From Leptogorgia sarmentosa (lineage: Eukaryota), in the NCBI GenBank assembly GCA_964658305.1, contig OZ210885.1, positions 15,748,001-15,812,000 on the forward strand: 64,000 bases of DNA. The letters run 5' to 3'. A model generated the notes under the pieces. The model ran no database searches. It saw only the letters and a list, made by a program, of their open reading frames with translations, and had not been told where the DNA came from. Below, piece by piece: positions 61,330 through 64,000 of this stretch (its first letter is position 1; each line of letters starts with the position of its first letter). Both the position numbers and the translations under genes were made by a program.

Positions 61330-64000
61330 CTCACATTTACGCACGCGAAAATGTTATTGTAAACGTGTTGCAGAGACAAAATTTATTGCATCACTCTTTA
61401 GGTCTTGACACTTCCCGACGTCACTTGCGCCCGAGATTGGGTCGTCTATGTACAAACTACGAGATATCTCTGCCACGCTCTCCGGACGTTTGTCAATCCA
61501 TCCCGCCAAGTGCTGTTCGATTACACCTCCAAGTAGAAACGGGGAACACCCGAGTCCAAATATGGCTCGTGTAAAGCGTAACGTCTCAACCTCGTTGGAA
61601 TCAATGGAACGCAGCCAATGGAAACGTAAAGCGTCACGACCTTTCTCCTTGACACGCACCTGGAGAAAAGCCTTTCGAAGGTCACCAGCGAGAGCGACTG
61701 TGTGAAACCGTCCTCGTACCAACACGTCCCACAACTTATTCTGGAGCGATGGACCGACATCAACACAGTCATTTAGAGATGGGGAACTATCCCCTTCACG
61801 CGCCGAACAATCGCAGACCACACGCATCTTTGTACTTTCGGCTCCTTCCCTGACCACTGCCCGACGTGGCGTATAAAATTCGCGACCGACAGCTTCGTCA
61901 GGAGCTCTTTCAATGATGCCTTTGTCCAGTTGTTCTTGAATGATTGCATCATACTCTTTGAGTTTTCCCATTTTTCGTAGCTTTCGAACTTGCGTGTGTA
62001 GGCGGCGAAGACTGCTGTTACGATAACTGGGTAGCGGTGGGTGGTCGCCTTTCCATGGTAAGGCTGTCTCATACCAACCTTCATCACTATTTCTCGTCAA
62101 ATGCTCACGAAACTGCTGGTAAACCACGTCCTGATCTCCGGATGGTGAGTCTGCCAGGCCAAGAACATCAAGTGCACACAATTGTTCATGATCTAGCGTA
62201 GTGTTGACAGCGAGACATCTGAGAGTAGGGTCAGAATCTTTTCCCGGACTCATGATGGCCCACCCGAAGCGCGTCAGCTCAGCCACAGGCTCCCCTTGGC
62301 GCCCGATGCGCACCTGAGAGGTCCGTATCTTGGCATACTCGTTTGCACCTAAAATTACATGAACGGGCAGCCTTTCCTTTTTTGGTTGGTCTTCTAATTC
62401 AATGCCACGTAAATGTTGCTGAGCTTCGATTCCCTTGTCGTTATGTGGGTTGTCAAGTTGTAAGAGTTCTCGTTTTTTGATCATAGTAGCACGAACCTTT
62501 AAGCTGAAATCGCCTTTCAGTGCTTCGAGACTCAAATCAAACTGCAACATTTTTGTCGTTTTTGTGCCCATTAGCGTAGATATTTGACGCGTACTAGTTT
62601 TGACAGCTTGTGCGCCAACGAGATTAACCAGAGTTTGAGATATAAAGGAGTTGCTAGCGCTGCTATCTAGAAGTGCACGGAATTTCCGACCATTAATTTG
62701 CACGATCACTACAGGATGCACAACCAATGCGTTAAAACGCTGTATGTTAGTCGCGGTTAAACCTACTTTTTAGGCGTTGATGGACATATTGACGTGTGAT
62801 GTCTCATCTGGCAATTTTGACACGAAATCTTACTTTTGCAGCTGCTTGCCACATGCTGCCCAATAGCACAGTTTTTCCGCGAGAATTCTCTTTCTTTCGC
62901 TTGGCCTCGTTACTTTATCACATGAAATCGCCTTGTGCTCTGCACTTTGACTATAAATGCACTTTACTTCGGACTCGCGAGACGTCAAAGCGCACCCCCC
63001 TGGGGGTCGATTCTACGGGTTATGAGGCGTTTCTCTATTTCGTTTTTCCGCTTTGTCGGTTTTGACAATAATATTAATCTCTGTCCATTTTCGCGGCGCA
63101 TCTACTAAATCTCTAAACGACCAGTCTCTCCAATTCGTTTCTACATGCGATACTAATTCTGCTTTAATGATCTCTAATTTTTTAACAACATAATATGTCG
63201 CGCCTTGTATGATGTCAAGTTTCCCGAGTGTCTTGAGGCTCTCAACATTGAACTGCAACTGTTCGTAAAAACTTATGCAGTTTCGGGAGATCTCTCTCTG
63301 ATACAAACGGCAACTCAATAATATTGGTAACGTATGCCCTGGCCACTTCACTCGGGTGGCCGTATTTTTCTTTCAAGCCCTCGTCGGTGAAAGGAAGGCA
63401 ATCAATGGCGCTTCTAATTTGCGGCTCTACAAGCTCTTTTAAATGCGAGAATTTGGTGATCACAGGAATGTTTAGCGAGTCAACTATTGCCTCGAACTGA
63501 CCAGAGAAACGTACCCAGTCGTGCGGTTTTCCATTAAACTTGGTTATGCTTAACTTAGGCAGTCTTACAGTACCTTCGGCAAGCTGTTTTGTTTTGTAAG
63601 TGGCCTCAAGATTTTTGATCTAAAAGCTGTTTCTCAAATATCATAGCTTGGTCATGATTTTTTTCTAACTCTAAATTCATTTCCTTCGTATCGATTTCTT
63701 TAATAAATTGGGAAAGTCCTTTGCAATGCTGGTCAGCTGCGGCGACTTGTGCTTCAATGTCTTGCGACCATTGTCCTATGGCATCTTCATTTTCACCTTG
63801 CCCAAATTTCGCTTCTTCTATTGACCCCTTTAAAATGTTAATTGTACTTACAATTGCCTGGATACAATCTCTTTGCCTCTCCACTGCAGCCTTTTCACCT
63901 TTCTGCAATATTTCGTCGCATCGCTTTATTCGAAAGTTCAAGGCCTTTTACTTGGTCTCTAGCTCCGTTATTTGCTTCTTTAAGGACATCGTACGCAGAT
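61330..64000 (-). mobile_element. Decayed BEL/Pao LTR retrotransposon (gag-protease-RT), truncated after RT; continues off the right edge
   Basis: Gag pieces (LPKLSITKFNG, KFSHLKEL). ORF 61354..62727 with ALLDSSA, GWYETALPWK, RVVCD, GDLRKAF, RDALRF, IFGLGCSPF and YIDD. Confidence 0.9.

Overview
This is AT-rich, intron-containing eukaryotic (animal) genomic DNA made almost entirely of nested transposable elements. The repeat families suggest a cnidarian, possibly an octocoral, which is an inference. From left to right: (1) a decayed Helitron Rep gene split by a 4.1-kb hAT element with an 8-bp TSD; (2) a DIRS-type RT scrap, a 9-bp minisatellite and MITEs; (3) one exon of a minus-strand gene split by a two-gene PIF/Harbinger-group (Pangu-like, ATT TSD) element and an adjacent 19.6-kb AcademH element (RecQ helicase plus transposase, 9-bp TSD), the latter carrying a MITE, a young full-length Gypsy LTR element and a full-length DIRS1-type retrotransposon; (4) a decayed BEL/Pao element; (5) a near-identical ~9.99-kb tandem duplication containing Helitron-like, Kolobok-like and foldback repeats and a hAT transposase apparently fused to an OTU/vertnin-like protease, itself interrupted by a CGGBP1-like hAT; (6) a Penelope-type minimal hammerhead ribozyme, a hAT MITE, a second Academ fragment and a second BEL/Pao element running off the right edge. 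I found no rRNA, tRNA or CRISPR features. The most unusual signals are a MYND zinc finger at the start of Gypsy Pol, the OTU-hAT fusion and a duplication-generated composite hAT. All family assignments come from motif recognition by eye, not database searches.
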